The notes under the pieces were generated by a model. It was given only the letters and a program-made list of their open reading frames with translations. It was not told the origin of the DNA and did no database searches. A stretch of 62,377 nucleotides of DNA, counting the filler, from Actinomycetota bacterium (GTDB lineage: Bacteria; Actinomycetota; Actinomycetes; JAKEEW01): NCBI GenBank assembly GCA_046725875.1. It is 5 parts of 5 records of this genome, joined end to end, with 100 filler letters (N's around TTAATTAATTAA, not from the genome) between each part and the next. Parts side by side here need not be neighbours in the genome. Positions count along the whole stretch, not along the records: positions 1 to 19,644 come from JBKOZJ010000178.1; positions 19,745 to 30,934 come from JBKOZJ010000180.1; 3 more parts are not named here. One strand, written 5' to 3'. Of the stretch, positions 9,632 to 19,757 are shown one piece after another. Made by a program: the position numbers and the translations under genes. The stretch's first letter is position 1. Every line of letters begins with the position of its first letter.

Positions 9632-10954
9632 ATGCATCGTGTGGTGATCATGGGTGCCGGCGGGCGTGACTTCCATAACTTCAACACCGTGTTCCGCGAC
9701 GACAAGTCCAGCCGGGTGGTGGCGTTCACCGCGGCGCAGATACCTGGGATCGACGACCGCACCTACCCACCCTCGTTAGCAGGCCCGCTGTATCCGACCG
9801 GCATCCCGATCGTGGCAGAGGAGCAGCTGTCCACGCTCATCACGGACCAAGCGGTCGACGAGGTAGTACTCGCGTACTCCGACCTCTCTCACACCGATGT
9901 GATGCACAAGGCGTCGCAAGTGCTCAGCGCGGGGGCCGACTTCAGGCTCATCGGACCGAAGGCAACCATGCTGCGCAGCAGCAAGCCCGTGGTCGCGGTG
10001 TGTGCGGCCCGCACGGGCTGCGGGAAGAGTCAGACCACTCGACGGGTAGGGCAGATCCTGCTTGACGCCGGCTTCCGCGTGGCACAGGTCCGCCATCCGA
10101 TGCCCTATGGCGATCTGGAGCGGATGCGCGTCCAGCGGTTTGCCACAGTGGACGACATCGACGCCGCGCAACCGACCGTCGAGGAGCGCGAGGAGTACGA
10201 GGCGCCGGTGCACATGGGCATCGTCGTGTACGCGGGCGTGGACTATCTCGACATCCTCCGCCAAGCCGAGGCCGAAGCCGACGTCGTGATCTGGGACGGA
10301 GGCAACAACGATTTTCCGTTCTTCGCGCCAGAGCTGCTCATCACCGTGGTGGACCCGCTGCGTCCCGGCCATGAGCTCGCCTACCACCCGGGGGAGACGA
10401 ATGTGCGAATGGCCGACATCGTCGTGATCAACAAGGTCGACAGCGCCGAACCAGCGGCGGTCGAGCAGGTGGTGGAGAACGTACGGTCGGTCAACCCGCG
10501 GGCGGTGACGGTAATGGCAACCTCGCCGGTAACGCTCGATCCAGGGCCGCCCCTGGCCGGCCAGCGGGTGCTTGTGGTCGAGGATGGCCCAACCGTCACT
10601 CACGGCGGCATGCCCTTCGGTGCAGGCACCGTGGCGGCCCGCCGGGCCGGAGCGACCATCGTCGATCCGAGACCATATGCGGTCGGTTCGATCGCCGCCG
10701 TCTACGCCACGTACCCGGCGATCGGGGCAGTGCTGCCGGCAATGGGCTACGGCGGCGCCCAGCTTGCTGAACTCGCGGCGACAATCCGCGCCGCCGACTG
10801 CGATGTAGTTCTAGTTGGCACACCGATGGATCTCGGGCGGCTTGTCGACCTGGGCCACCCGGTCCGTCGGGTGACATATGCCCTCAGCGAGACCGGCTCC
10901 CCGACGCTCGCCGACCTGCTGGCTCCGCATACGGCCAAGTGGCGCCGCAGCTGA
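9632..10954 (+). CDS. COG2403-type P-loop enzyme, arginine synthetase (ArcE)-like; often auto-annotated cyclic 2,3-diphosphoglycerate synthase/GTPase
   Basis: IMGAGGRDFHNFN, AARTGCGKSQT P-loop, RHPMPYGDL, EEREEYE, WDGGNNDFPF, EDGPTVTHGGM, LPAMGY; RBS GGAGG upstream. Confidence 0.8.
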   Translation: MHRVVIMGAGGRDFHNFNTVFRDDKSSRVVAFTAAQIPGIDDRTYPPSLAGPLYPTGIPIVAEEQLSTLITDQAVDEVVLAYSDLSHTDVMHKASQVLSAGADFRLIGPKATMLRSSKPVVAVCAARTGCGKSQTTRRVGQILLDAGFRVAQVRHPMPYGDLERMRVQRFATVDDIDAAQPTVEEREEYEAPVHMGIVVYAGVDYLDILRQAEAEADVVIWDGGNNDFPFFAPELLITVVDPLRPGHELAYHPGETNVRMADIVVINKVDSAEPAAVEQVVENVRSVNPRAVTVMATSPVTLDPGPPLAGQRVLVVEDGPTVTHGGMPFGAGTVAARRAGATIVDPRPYAVGSIAAVYATYPAIGAVLPAMGYGGAQLAELAATIRAADCDVVLVGTPMDLGRLVDLGHPVRRVTYALSETGSPTLADLLAPHTAKWRRS

Positions 10955-11094
10955 GTCGGCCTTCGAGGCCCTTGGACACCCTGCCGGTGGCCTGTTCGGC
11001 TCTGTCTCACTCTGCTGTTTCCTGGCGATGCTGGTCCCGAAGCGAGTGAAGTACCCAATGTCGTCGAAGCAGCACTGCGCTGCGTCACCCGGGG

Positions 11095-13524
11095 GTGCGG
11101 GCGGCGGTCGCTAGGCTGACCAGCGTGTCGGCGCTCGGGCTCACCACGTCCGAGGTCCGGGACCGGGTGGCCCAAGGACTGAAGAATGATGTCCCGAGTG
11201 CGCCGACACGCACCGTTGGTCAGATCCTGCGCGCGAACGTCGTCACCCGGTTCAATCTGCTGCTCGGCTCGCTCCTCGCCGTCATCTTGTGGGTCGGCCC
11301 GATCCAGGACGCGCTATTCGGCTTGGTGTTGGTGTCCAATACTGCCGTCGGCATCGTCCAGGAGCTGCAGGCGAAGCGTACGATCGAGCGTCTCGCATTG
11401 ATCAGCGCGCCGGTCGCTCATGTCATCCGGGACGGCGCCGACCGGCGAGTGGGTATGCGCGATGTCGTCGTGGACGACATCATCCAGGCAGGCCCGGGCG
11501 AGCAGATCATCGTCGACGGTGTGGTCGTCCAGGCCGACGAAGGTGAGATCGACGAATCACTTCTGACCGGTGAGTCGGAATCGGTCGGAAAGCCACTCGG
11601 CGCTGAGGTTCTCTCGGGCAGTTTCGTGGTCGCGGGCCGGGTCCGGTACGGGCAGTCCGGGTCGGCCGGCACGCTTACGCTGCCCGCCTGGCCGACGAGG
11701 CCCGACGATTCAGCCTCGCCACTCCGAGCTCCGGGCCGGAATCGATCGGATCATCGCGCTCGTAACCTGGCTGCTCGTACCTGCTGCGGCGCTGCTGTTC
11801 GTGAGTCAGCTGCAATCACAAGGGCCGCGCGGCGTACTCAGCGGTGCGGTGGCAGGTACCGTGGCGATGGTTCCCGAGGGACTCGTCCTCCTGCTGACCG
11901 TCGCATTCGCGGTGAGTGTGGTCCGGCTCGGCCGCCGTAATGTTCTCGTCCAGGAACTGCCCGCCGTCGAGACCCTGGCCCGAATCGACGTGCTGTGCTT
12001 CGACAAGACCGGCACGATCACAACCGGGGATCTCACGGTCGGCGAGCTGGTTCGTCTCGGCGGAGCCCGCGAGGACGGGTCCGAGGACGTCAAAGCGGCG
12101 CTGGGTGCCGTTGCCCGCGCAGATCCTGCCCCGAACGCGACGATGCGGGCGATCAGCACGGAGTGGGCACCGCCGGACGGCTGGACCGTAAGTGATCGGG
12201 TCCCCTTCTCATCCGCACGAAAGTGGAGTGCGGCGTCCTTCGACGGACACGGGACCTGGCTGCTCGGTGCGCCCGAGGTGCTTCTTGGTGCGTCGACAGG
12301 TGCGTCGGCCCCACAGTCAGCGGCGTTGAACGAGACCGACATCCTCCTGCGCGCCGAGATTTACGCCACTGCTGGGCGACGCGTCGTCCTGCTCGCCGCG
12401 GCCAAGGGCACCGTGTCGGATCACGAGGTCCCAGCACTTACCCCGGCTGCGCTGGTCGTGCTCGACGAACGGGTACGCGACGACGCGGCCGCTACCGTCG
12501 CCTATTTCAAGCAACAGGAGGTGCAGACGAAGGTCGTGTCCGGCGACCATCCTCGCACCGCCGGAACGGTAGCTGCTCGAGTAGGGATCCGGGGCGCGAG
12601 TACCCCCGTGGATGCTCGCCAACTGCCGTCCAACCCCAGGACCTCGCCGATGTCGTCGAGCAGAACGCTGTCTTTGGCCGAGTCGTACCTCACCAGAAGC
12701 GGGAGATGGTCGACGCGCTCAAACAGCGGCGCCACGTCGTGGCGATGACCGGCGACGGTGTGAACGACGTGCTCGCGTTGAAGGACGCCGATCTCGGCGT
12801 GGCGATGGGCGGCGGCAGTGATGCCGCACGCGCGGTGGCGAAGCTTGTCCTCCTCGACGGTCGGGTCGCGACCATGCCCCACGTCGTCGCTGAAGGCCGC
12901 CGGGTCATCGCAAACATTGAGCGGGTGGCAGCTCTGTTTCTGACCAAGACCGTCTACGCGCTCCTGCTCGCCCTCGCGGTCGGCGTGGCCCGGGTGCCGT
13001 TCCCCTTCCTGCCCCGCCACCTCACCCTGATCGGGAGCCTCACCATCGGAATCCCCGCGTTCTTCCTCGCTCTCGAGCCCAACACCCGGCGCGCCCGCCC
13101 CGGCTTCGTCCTACGGGTGCTCCGGGTCGCGACCCCGGCAGGCATCGTGGCCGCAACCGGTACCCTCGTCGCCTACGGCCTGGCGCGCGAAGTGCTCGAT
13201 GTCCCACCGGACGAGGCACGTACGACCGCGACCCTGACGCTGGCCGGCATCGGTCTCGTCCTGCTTGCCCTCGTCGCCAGCCCACTCAACCGGCTACGAA
13301 TCGCCGGGATCAGTGTGCTCGCCGGCGCGTTCGTCGGCATCCTCGCCATCCCGTGGTCGCGCGAATTCTTTGCGGTCGCGGTCCCGTCCGCGCAGATGTT
13401 CGCAGTGATAGGCGGTGTCGTCCTCGTAGCCGGCGGCTCCATCGTTTTGCTCATCCGCCGACTAGAGAGCACCGGTCGGGCAGCCCTCCTTGAAGATGAG
13501 GCCGCAACGGATGGGCGTCCGTGA
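11095..13524 (+). pseudogene. P-type cation-transporting ATPase (CtpE-like) broken by three single-base deletions
   Basis: DESLLTGES, VPEGL, FDKTGT, TGDGVND lie in different frames; frame restored by adding one base near 11650, 11721 and 12635; start uncertain. Confidence 0.85.
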
Positions 13525-13598
13525 TCAGGACGACCGACTTGGTTGATCTGCCCGGACAGAGCGCGGCGTCGGGAACCGGTTGAACAGGGGCGGTTGCC

Positions 13599-14294
13599 CT
13601 ACTCGGTAGGGCCGTTCGCTGGGGAGTCCGTTCGGGCTGGTTCCGCACCACCCATGTCAATCCGGAAGGGCGGGTAGTCGTCCGTCATGAGCGCTGCGTA
13701 TGCGGCGACGCGTAGTGCCCATCGGTCCATGCCGAGCACGAAGTCGTAGATCGACCGCGGGTAGCGGCTGGTAAATAGGAGCATGACACCGGCGAAGAAC
13801 ACGAGCAGGCCGATCAGCCCGGGTCCGCCCCAGCCGCCGGCCTTGTCGGCGGACTCCCAGCCGCCCCAGCCGCCGCCCACGAAAATGCCCACCACCAGGT
13901 AGTGGGGGATGGCCAGCAGCCACCACTTGACGAGAGCAAGGCCGCGGGAGAGCTGAGCCGGGTACTGAACCTCGAGCCGGGCGGGGTAGTCCGGAACATC
14001 GGCCAGCGTGAACGGGGGATACCGATCGGTGCCCAGGGCGCCATACGAGTAGTAGTGGATCCGCCAGGTCCAGCGGAGCACGCCGAGGTTGAAGTCGAAG
14101 ATCGACCGGGGGTAACGGCCGGTGATGAGGATGGCGACTAAGGCCACGAGCCAGAGAACGGCGAACGCGATCCAGAGGAAGATCAGGACGAGGTAGTGCG
14201 GGATCAGGAGCAACCACTTGAGTAGCCAGAGCCAGCGAGATAGCGGTGTGTCCAGGGTCGCCTCGACCCGGACTGGATAGGTCGGAGATGCCAC
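13599..14294 (-). CDS. DUF4389 domain membrane protein
   Basis: Tandem repeat of LSRxLxLxKWxLxIPHY...[13 protein letters not shown]..RWxxR...TDxYPPF. Confidence 0.85.
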   Translation of the reverse strand: MASPTYPVRVEATLDTPLSRWLWLLKWLLLIPHYLVLIFLWIAFAVLWLVALVAILITGRYPRSIFDFNLGVLRWTWRIHYYSYGALGTDRYPPFTLADVPDYPARLEVQYPAQLSRGLALVKWWLLAIPHYLVVGIFVGGGWGGWESADKAGGWGGPGLIGLLVFFAGVMLLFTSRYPRSIYDFVLGMDRWALRVAAYAALMTDDYPPFRIDMGGAEPARTDSPANGPTE

Positions 14295-14711
14295 GGGAAC
14301 GCCTCCTTCGACGCATGCCGCATGGTCGCCCGGACACACCGGGCGAATCAGAATATGAGCGACTCCGTCGATCTCCTGATTCGACGAGAAGTCAGATCAC
14401 AAACCCACTCTCTCGCACTAGACGGCGGACGGCCGCGATTTCAGCGGTGGATCGCGAACGTTTCGTCGCCTGGACGTTTGGCCACCGCGACCGTTCCCTA
14501 TGAACCCGTTCGGGCTCACCGGCTCCCTTCCTACTCTTTGTAATTTGGTGAAGACAGGCCCAGGCTGGTAGGCGTGCACTGCGGACGCCTGCCGATGTCG
14601 GAAGCCGATGAATCCTGCGAGCGCTGGACTGGAGACCTGAATCCTGAGTGAGCTGCTGGCCGGCCGTCATCACACGTTGCCGATCTTGGCCGCTCCGAGG
14701 AGGGGGTCGAA

Positions 14712-17513
14712 GTGAGTACCGACGCAATGGCGGGGCGGTCAGTGCATGAGCCGTGGCATCGGGATGGGGCCGATGTCGCCGCAGATCTGGGCACTGACGT
14801 TCGTCTGGGGTTGAGCGCGGACGAGGCGACAGCCCGACTGGACACCTATGGGCCGAACCAGCTGCAGTCCGCGCCGGTGGTGCCGGCATGGCGCAGATTT
14901 CTCGCCCAGTTCGCCAACCCGCTGATCTACCTGCTGATCGGTGCACTCATTGTGTCACTGGTCGCATGGGTCGCGGAGGGTACGGACGGGGTCCCGTACG
15001 ACGTCATCGTGATCGCGACAATCCTCGTACTCAACGCGGTGCTCGGCTATGTGCAGGAAGCCCGGGCGGAGCAGGCGGTCGCCGCCTTGCAGCGAATGGC
15101 GGCACCGACGGCCGGGGTAATGCGTGACGGTGAGGTGCAGCGCATACCCGCTGCCGATGTTGTGCCGGGAGATGTGTTGCTGCTGGCCGAGGGCGATGCT
15201 GTGAGCGCGGACGGGCGCTTGATCGATGCCGCGTCCCTCACCGTGGCGGAGGCTTCGCTAACCGGCGAGAGCGAGCCGGTGCTGAAGGACGTTGCTCCGC
15301 TGCCCGAACCAGCGGCTCTCGGCGACCGGGTGAACATGGTGTTCGACGGGACGGCTGTGACGCGCGGGCGGGGCAGGGCGGTGGTCACCGCCACGGGCAT
15401 GGCCACCGAGACGGGCAACATCGCCCGGCTGCTTGAGCAGGCGAAGGATCAGCGCACGCCGTTGCAGCGCGAGATTGACAGGATCGGCCGCACGCTCGGT
15501 ATCGCCGTGGTCGTGATCGCCATCGTGGTGGTTGCCGCCATCCTGCTCACCGACGACATCGAGACGCTGTCCGATCTCGTCGATGTCCTCCTCGTCGGCG
15601 TCTCGCTCGCGGTTGCGGCGGTGCCGGAGGGTCTGCCGGCAATCTTGACGGTCGTGCTGGCGCTGGGCGTACAACGCATGGCCCGGCAGCGGGCAATAGT
15701 GAAGAAACTCTCGTCGGTCGAGACGCTGGGATCGGCGTCGGTGATCTGTTCCGACAAGACGGGCACGCTGACCAAGAACGAAATGACGATCGAAAAGGTC
15801 GTCACGCCATCGGGAGCGGCGGACGTTACCGGTAGTGGGTACCGGCCCGAGGGCGAGGTGCGCGTCGACGGCGGCCCAGCAGTGGACCCTGTCCAGCTCG
15901 ACGAGGTGCGGGCGGTACTCGGGGGTGGGAGCCTCGCCAACGACGCGGTGCTGAGGGAGGCCAATGGTGAATGGACGATCCACGGCGACCCGACCGAGGC
16001 GGCGTTTCTGGTGGCCGAGGCGAAGGTCGCGGGGTTGCGGGAGGAACGCACCGCGAGGTTCAAGCGCGTCGGCGAGGTGCCGTTCACCTCCGAGCGGAAG
16101 CTGATGAGCACTGTGCAGGCCGATATCGCAGGCGAGCTCGGCGTCGCAGTTGTGACGAAGGGCGCGCCGGATGTGCTACTCGCCCGCTGTACAGCCGAGC
16201 GCGTGGCGGGCGAGGTCGTCCCGCTCACCGATGAGCGGCGCGCCGAGATCCTTGCCACCGTCGAACGGCTTGCCGATCTCGCGCTGCGCACGCTATCGGT
16301 TGCCTACCGGCCCCTGCCCGACTCGGGCACGCCGCAGGACGAATCGATCGAGCACGAGCTGGTCTACCTGGGACTGGTCGGCATCATCGATCCGCCACGC
16401 CCGGAAGCTCGCACCGCGATCGTGGAAGCGGCCGGTGCCGGTATAAGAGTGATCATGATCACGGGCGACCATCCACGTACGGCCGCCCGGATCGCCAGCG
16501 ACCTTGGCGTCGCGGCGCCGGGCGCGGGGGTGCTGACCGGACCCGAACTCGAAGCCCTCGACGAAGAGACGCTGCAGAGGGCAGCGCGGGATGTGTCCGT
16601 TTACGCGCGAGTCGCGCCCGAACACAAATTGCGAATCGTCGACGCGCTGCAGGCGAACGACCAAATCGTCGCGATGACCGGCGACGGCGTGAACGACGCG
16701 CCCGCCCTGAAGGCGGCCGACATCGGCGTCGCGATGGGCGTCACCGGCACCGACGTGTCGAAGGAGGCGGCGGACATGATCCTCGCCGACGACAACTTCG
16801 CCACGATCGTGAAAGCGGTGCGGGAAGGCCGGGCGATCTTCGCGAACATCCGCAAGTTCCTGCGCTTCCTGCTCTCCTCGAACATCGGCGAGGTGCTGAC
16901 GATGTTCTTGGGCGTCGCGCTGGCCGGCCTGCTGGGCCTGCAGGACACCGGCGAGGCGATCGCGGTGCCGCTCCTCGCTACCCAGATCTTGTGGATCAAC
17001 CTGCTCACCGACGGCGCACCCGCGCTTGCGATCGGCCTCGATCCGCCGCCCGGCAACGACATGCGGCGGCCACCACGACGCCTCACCGATCGCGTCATCG
17101 ACGGCGAGATGTGGCTCGGCATCGTCTGGGTCGGCTTCGTCATGGCCGTGGTGACCTTGGTCGCGCTCGACCTGCGCCTCCCCGGCGGCGTGGTCGGCGG
17201 ATCCGGTGACATCGACGAGGCCCGCACCATGGCGTTCACGACTCTCGTGCTCGCCCAACTGTTCAACTGCTTCAATGCGCGTTCCGATCGCACCAGCGCC
17301 TTCGACCATCTGTTCACAAACCGGTGGCTCTGGGGCGCGATCGCGCTCTCGCTCGTGCTTCAGGTCGCAGTCGTGGAACTACCGTTCCTCAACGACGCCT
17401 TCGGCACCACTTCGCTCACTGGCAGCGACTGGTTGATCTGCTTCGCGCTGGCCAGTGTTGTGCTGTGGGCAGACGAGGGAAAGAAGCTGCTCCAGCGATT
17501 GCTGGGCCGGTGA
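14712..17513 (+). CDS. P-type IIA cation (Ca2+-like) transporting ATPase, CtpF/PacL-like
   Basis: EASLTGES, VPEGLP, CSDKTGTLT, FTSERKLM, KGAPD, DPPR, TGDGVNDAPAL, QILWINLLTDG. Confidence 0.93.
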   Translation: MSTDAMAGRSVHEPWHRDGADVAADLGTDVRLGLSADEATARLDTYGPNQLQSAPVVPAWRRFLAQFANPLIYLLIGALIVSLVAWVAEGTDGVPYDVIVIATILVLNAVLGYVQEARAEQAVAALQRMAAPTAGVMRDGEVQRIPAADVVPGDVLLLAEGDAVSADGRLIDAASLTVAEASLTGESEPVLKDVAPLPEPAALGDRVNMVFDGTAVTRGRGRAVVTATGMATETGNIARLLEQAKDQRTPLQREIDRIGRTLGIAVVVIAIVVVAAILLTDDIETLSDLVDVLLVGVSLAVAAVPEGLPAILTVVLALGVQRMARQRAIVKKLSSVETLGSASVICSDKTGTLTKNEMTIEKVVTPSGAADVTGSGYRPEGEVRVDGGPAVDPVQLDEVRAVLGGGSLANDAVLREANGEWTIHGDPTEAAFLVAEAKVAGLREERTARFKRVGEVPFTSERKLMSTVQADIAGELGVAVVTKGAPDVLLARCTAERVAGEVVPLTDERRAEILATVERLADLALRTLSVAYRPLPDSGTPQDESIEHELVYLGLVGIIDPPRPEARTAIVEAAGAGIRVIMITGDHPRTAARIASDLGVAAPGAGVLTGPELEALDEETLQRAARDVSVYARVAPEHKLRIVDALQANDQIVAMTGDGVNDAPALKAADIGVAMGVTGTDVSKEAADMILADDNFATIVKAVREGRAIFANIRKFLRFLLSSNIGEVLTMFLGVALAGLLGLQDTGEAIAVPLLATQILWINLLTDGAPALAIGLDPPPGNDMRRPPRRLTDRVIDGEMWLGIVWVGFVMAVVTLVALDLRLPGGVVGGSGDIDEARTMAFTTLVLAQLFNCFNARSDRTSAFDHLFTNRWLWGAIALSLVLQVAVVELPFLNDAFGTTSLTGSDWLICFALASVVLWADEGKKLLQRLLGR

Positions 17514-17539
17514 CGGCCGCGGTGTCGACGCAGCCTCGG

Positions 17540-17656
17540 TCATCTCTGACCTAGGAGAGCCAACTCGCGCGCCTCCTTCACCCATCGACCCATATAGACG
17601 GCGCTGCCGAGGATCACGGCATCGTATCCGTCCAGGCTCTTGGTGTCGGCGATGAT
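17540..17656 (-). pseudogene. Internal fragment of flavodoxin-domain (HemG-like) protein
   Basis: LDGYDAVILGSAVYMGRWVKEAR is the Flavodoxin_5 core; both ends missing. Confidence 0.65.
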
Positions 17657-17865
17657 GTAGCCAGAGCGCCTTTCGCTAGTAGATCGCGACACCGCGCTCG
17701 ACCGCAGGACGAAAGACCCATCAACGGCGGCCGATCGTCCCTTTTGCCGCATTTTCTGGGCTGCCACCGTGGTGATTAAAGGGGACACCATGGACGGACT
17801 AGCGGCGCGCCCCCCTGCTGGTGCAGAGGGCCAGGAGGATCTACTCGGGTGGGGTGAGCGGTGAG

Positions 17866-18387
17866 ATGAGTGGCAGCAGAGTGGTTGTCGGTGTCGACGG
17901 CTCGCCGGCGAGCCTGCGCGCCTTGTGGGTGGCGGTGGAGGAGGCCCGTGGCCGACACGCAGATCTGGTTGTAGTGAACGCTCCGACGATCCTTGGGCGG
18001 GCTATGCCGGCGTTGTCGGGCGGCATAGGTCCGGCGACCACTGTCCTCGCTGGCACCTTGACCACTGAAGAAGCGGAGCGCGGACGCCTGCTCATCGAGG
18101 ACGCACTCATCGAGCTGTTCGGCGGGCACCCGGGTGATGTCTCAATCAGCTCGCTGATCTCCGATCTCAGCCCCGTCTCGGCGCTGATCAACGCCGTCGG
18201 ACCGCAGGATCTGCTTGTCGTCGGGCGTAGCCGAACGGGTTTCGGCCGGCGTTTGCTCTCCGCCTCGATAAGCGAGCTCTGTGCGGCTGCGGCACCGTGC
18301 CCGGTCCTCGTCGTGCCGCCCCCGGAGGAGCCGAAGCGCTCATATCCCCGCGGTCGCTTCCGCCGTCGCTCGAGGTCTAGCCGCTAG
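17866..18387 (+). CDS. Universal stress protein (single domain)
   Basis: RVVVGVDGSPASLRAL.., DLLVVGRS, APCPVLVVP. Confidence 0.88.
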   Translation: MSGSRVVVGVDGSPASLRALWVAVEEARGRHADLVVVNAPTILGRAMPALSGGIGPATTVLAGTLTTEEAERGRLLIEDALIELFGGHPGDVSISSLISDLSPVSALINAVGPQDLLVVGRSRTGFGRRLLSASISELCAAAAPCPVLVVPPPEEPKRSYPRGRFRRRSRSSR

Positions 18388-18410
18388 CGAGCTGCCTCAT
18401 ACCCGTTTTT

Positions 18411-18446
18411 CTGTCGTCGGTCCCTCCGAATTGGGACTTCTGGCCA
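18411..18446. promoter_or_regulatory. Candidate tandem DosR/DevR-like boxes
   Basis: GGGACTTCTGGCCA at 18433-18446 and CTGTCGTCGGTCCC at 18411-18424, 22 bp apart. Confidence 0.5.
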
Positions 18447-18634
18447 CGCAACGGCGGGGGTTGGCATCCGGCGGACGCATGTGAAGGAGCTACGAATGAG
18501 ACTGCGCTGATGCGGGGGATGGGCGATACCGTTCGCGCCAATCCAATCGTTCGATTCCACCGCTGTCCCGATGTGCGGGCGGCTCACGAGCCTCGCGGTC
18601 AACCGCTTGGCACCAGGGCAGTGTCGCCTAGATT

Positions 18635-19402
18635 ATGTCCGTGACCGAGAGTCGGCCTTCGCGAAGTCTGGTGATCGGGGAGATCGTGATCTCGCTGCCG
18701 TTTGCGGGGCTGTGGCTGGCGAGGAACAGTCCGGCCCGGCGGGTCCCGAGTCACGGGACCGACCTAATGGGCGAGCGCTATGCCATCGACTTCATCGGTG
18801 TGGATGGTCGCCGCCGGACCGCGGACCGCCGTGACTGGCGGACCTTTCTCGCCACGGAACCGCCGGAGCGGTTCTTCGCCTACAACCGGCCGATCCTGGC
18901 GCCCGTCGACGGCGTGGTTGTCGAGGCGCACGATGGCGAGATCGATCACGTGGGGCGGCGGTCACAGCTGACCCTGGTGCAATATGCGTTGGGTCAGCCG
19001 GCGCGGCTCCGGCAAGGAGTCGGTGCGATCGCCGGCAACTATCTGATCATTGCACTACGCGACAGCGCCGCGTTCGTCGCTCTTGCGCATCTGCGGGCCG
19101 GCTCCATTCGCGTCGCCCCCGGTGAGAAGGTGACGGCGGGGCAGCATGTCGCGGCCTGTGGCAACTCTGGCAACTCGACACAGCCGCATGTGCACGTGCA
19201 AGTCATGGACAGCCTGGACCTGTCCCTCGCCCGAGGCGTCCCGGTGGCGTTTCGGCGCTTCCGCGAATGGCCTTCGGGCGCGAGGCAGTTCCAGATCAGG
19301 GAGTCCGGCGTTCCCGGCGAGAAGGCGATCGTCGAACCGTTTCCCCCGACTGACAGCGCAGGTCGGTCCCTAACCGACCCGGAAACCGACCCCTCGCGGT
19401 AG
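18635..19402 (+). CDS. M23 family metallopeptidase-like protein
   Basis: SHG..YAIDF, ILAPVDGVV, GNYLII, LAHL, CGNSGNSTQPHVHVQ. Confidence 0.88.
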   Translation: MSVTESRPSRSLVIGEIVISLPFAGLWLARNSPARRVPSHGTDLMGERYAIDFIGVDGRRRTADRRDWRTFLATEPPERFFAYNRPILAPVDGVVVEAHDGEIDHVGRRSQLTLVQYALGQPARLRQGVGAIAGNYLIIALRDSAAFVALAHLRAGSIRVAPGEKVTAGQHVAACGNSGNSTQPHVHVQVMDSLDLSLARGVPVAFRRFREWPSGARQFQIRESGVPGEKAIVEPFPPTDSAGRSLTDPETDPSR

Positions 19403-19644
19403 GTCGGTGGCTCCGCGGCACAGTCGTGATCTTGTGGGAAGAAAGCGACACAGTCATCCCCCCAACGCTTCGCTCGAATCCCCACGGCGCCGCCTGAGCA
19501 CTCAACGTAGTTTCGCCGCCGAACTGTGCCCCCGGTCGCTTCGCACGACAAAGGTCCCAAGCTGCTCGGCCAAAAGCCTCTGCACCTCCCCACATGTCCG
19601 GCCTAGCCTGCGAAACAGAGACGGAGATCGACAGGCACATACAC
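19356..19644. repeat. 289-bp sequence duplicated in reverse complement at 36483-36771 (contig-end overlap)
   Basis: Direct comparison shows identity except three substitutions. Confidence 0.95.
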
Positions 19645-19744
19645 NNNNNNNNNNNNNNNNNNNNNNNNNNNNNNNNNNNNNNNNNNNNTTAATTAATTAA
19701 NNNNNNNNNNNNNNNNNNNNNNNNNNNNNNNNNNNNNNNNNNNN
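19645..19744. other. Artificial contig spacer (44 N + TTAATTAATTAA + 44 N)
   Basis: Six-frame stop linker at 19689-19700 flanked by Ns. Confidence 0.99.
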
Positions 19745-19757
19745 CAAAGGAGGACGA

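Noticed and set aside
19645..19744. Four regularly structured TTAATTAATTAA elements flanked by Ns as a biological repeat
   Set aside because: Each is an identical 100-nt six-frame-stop concatenation spacer; adjacency across them carries no meaning
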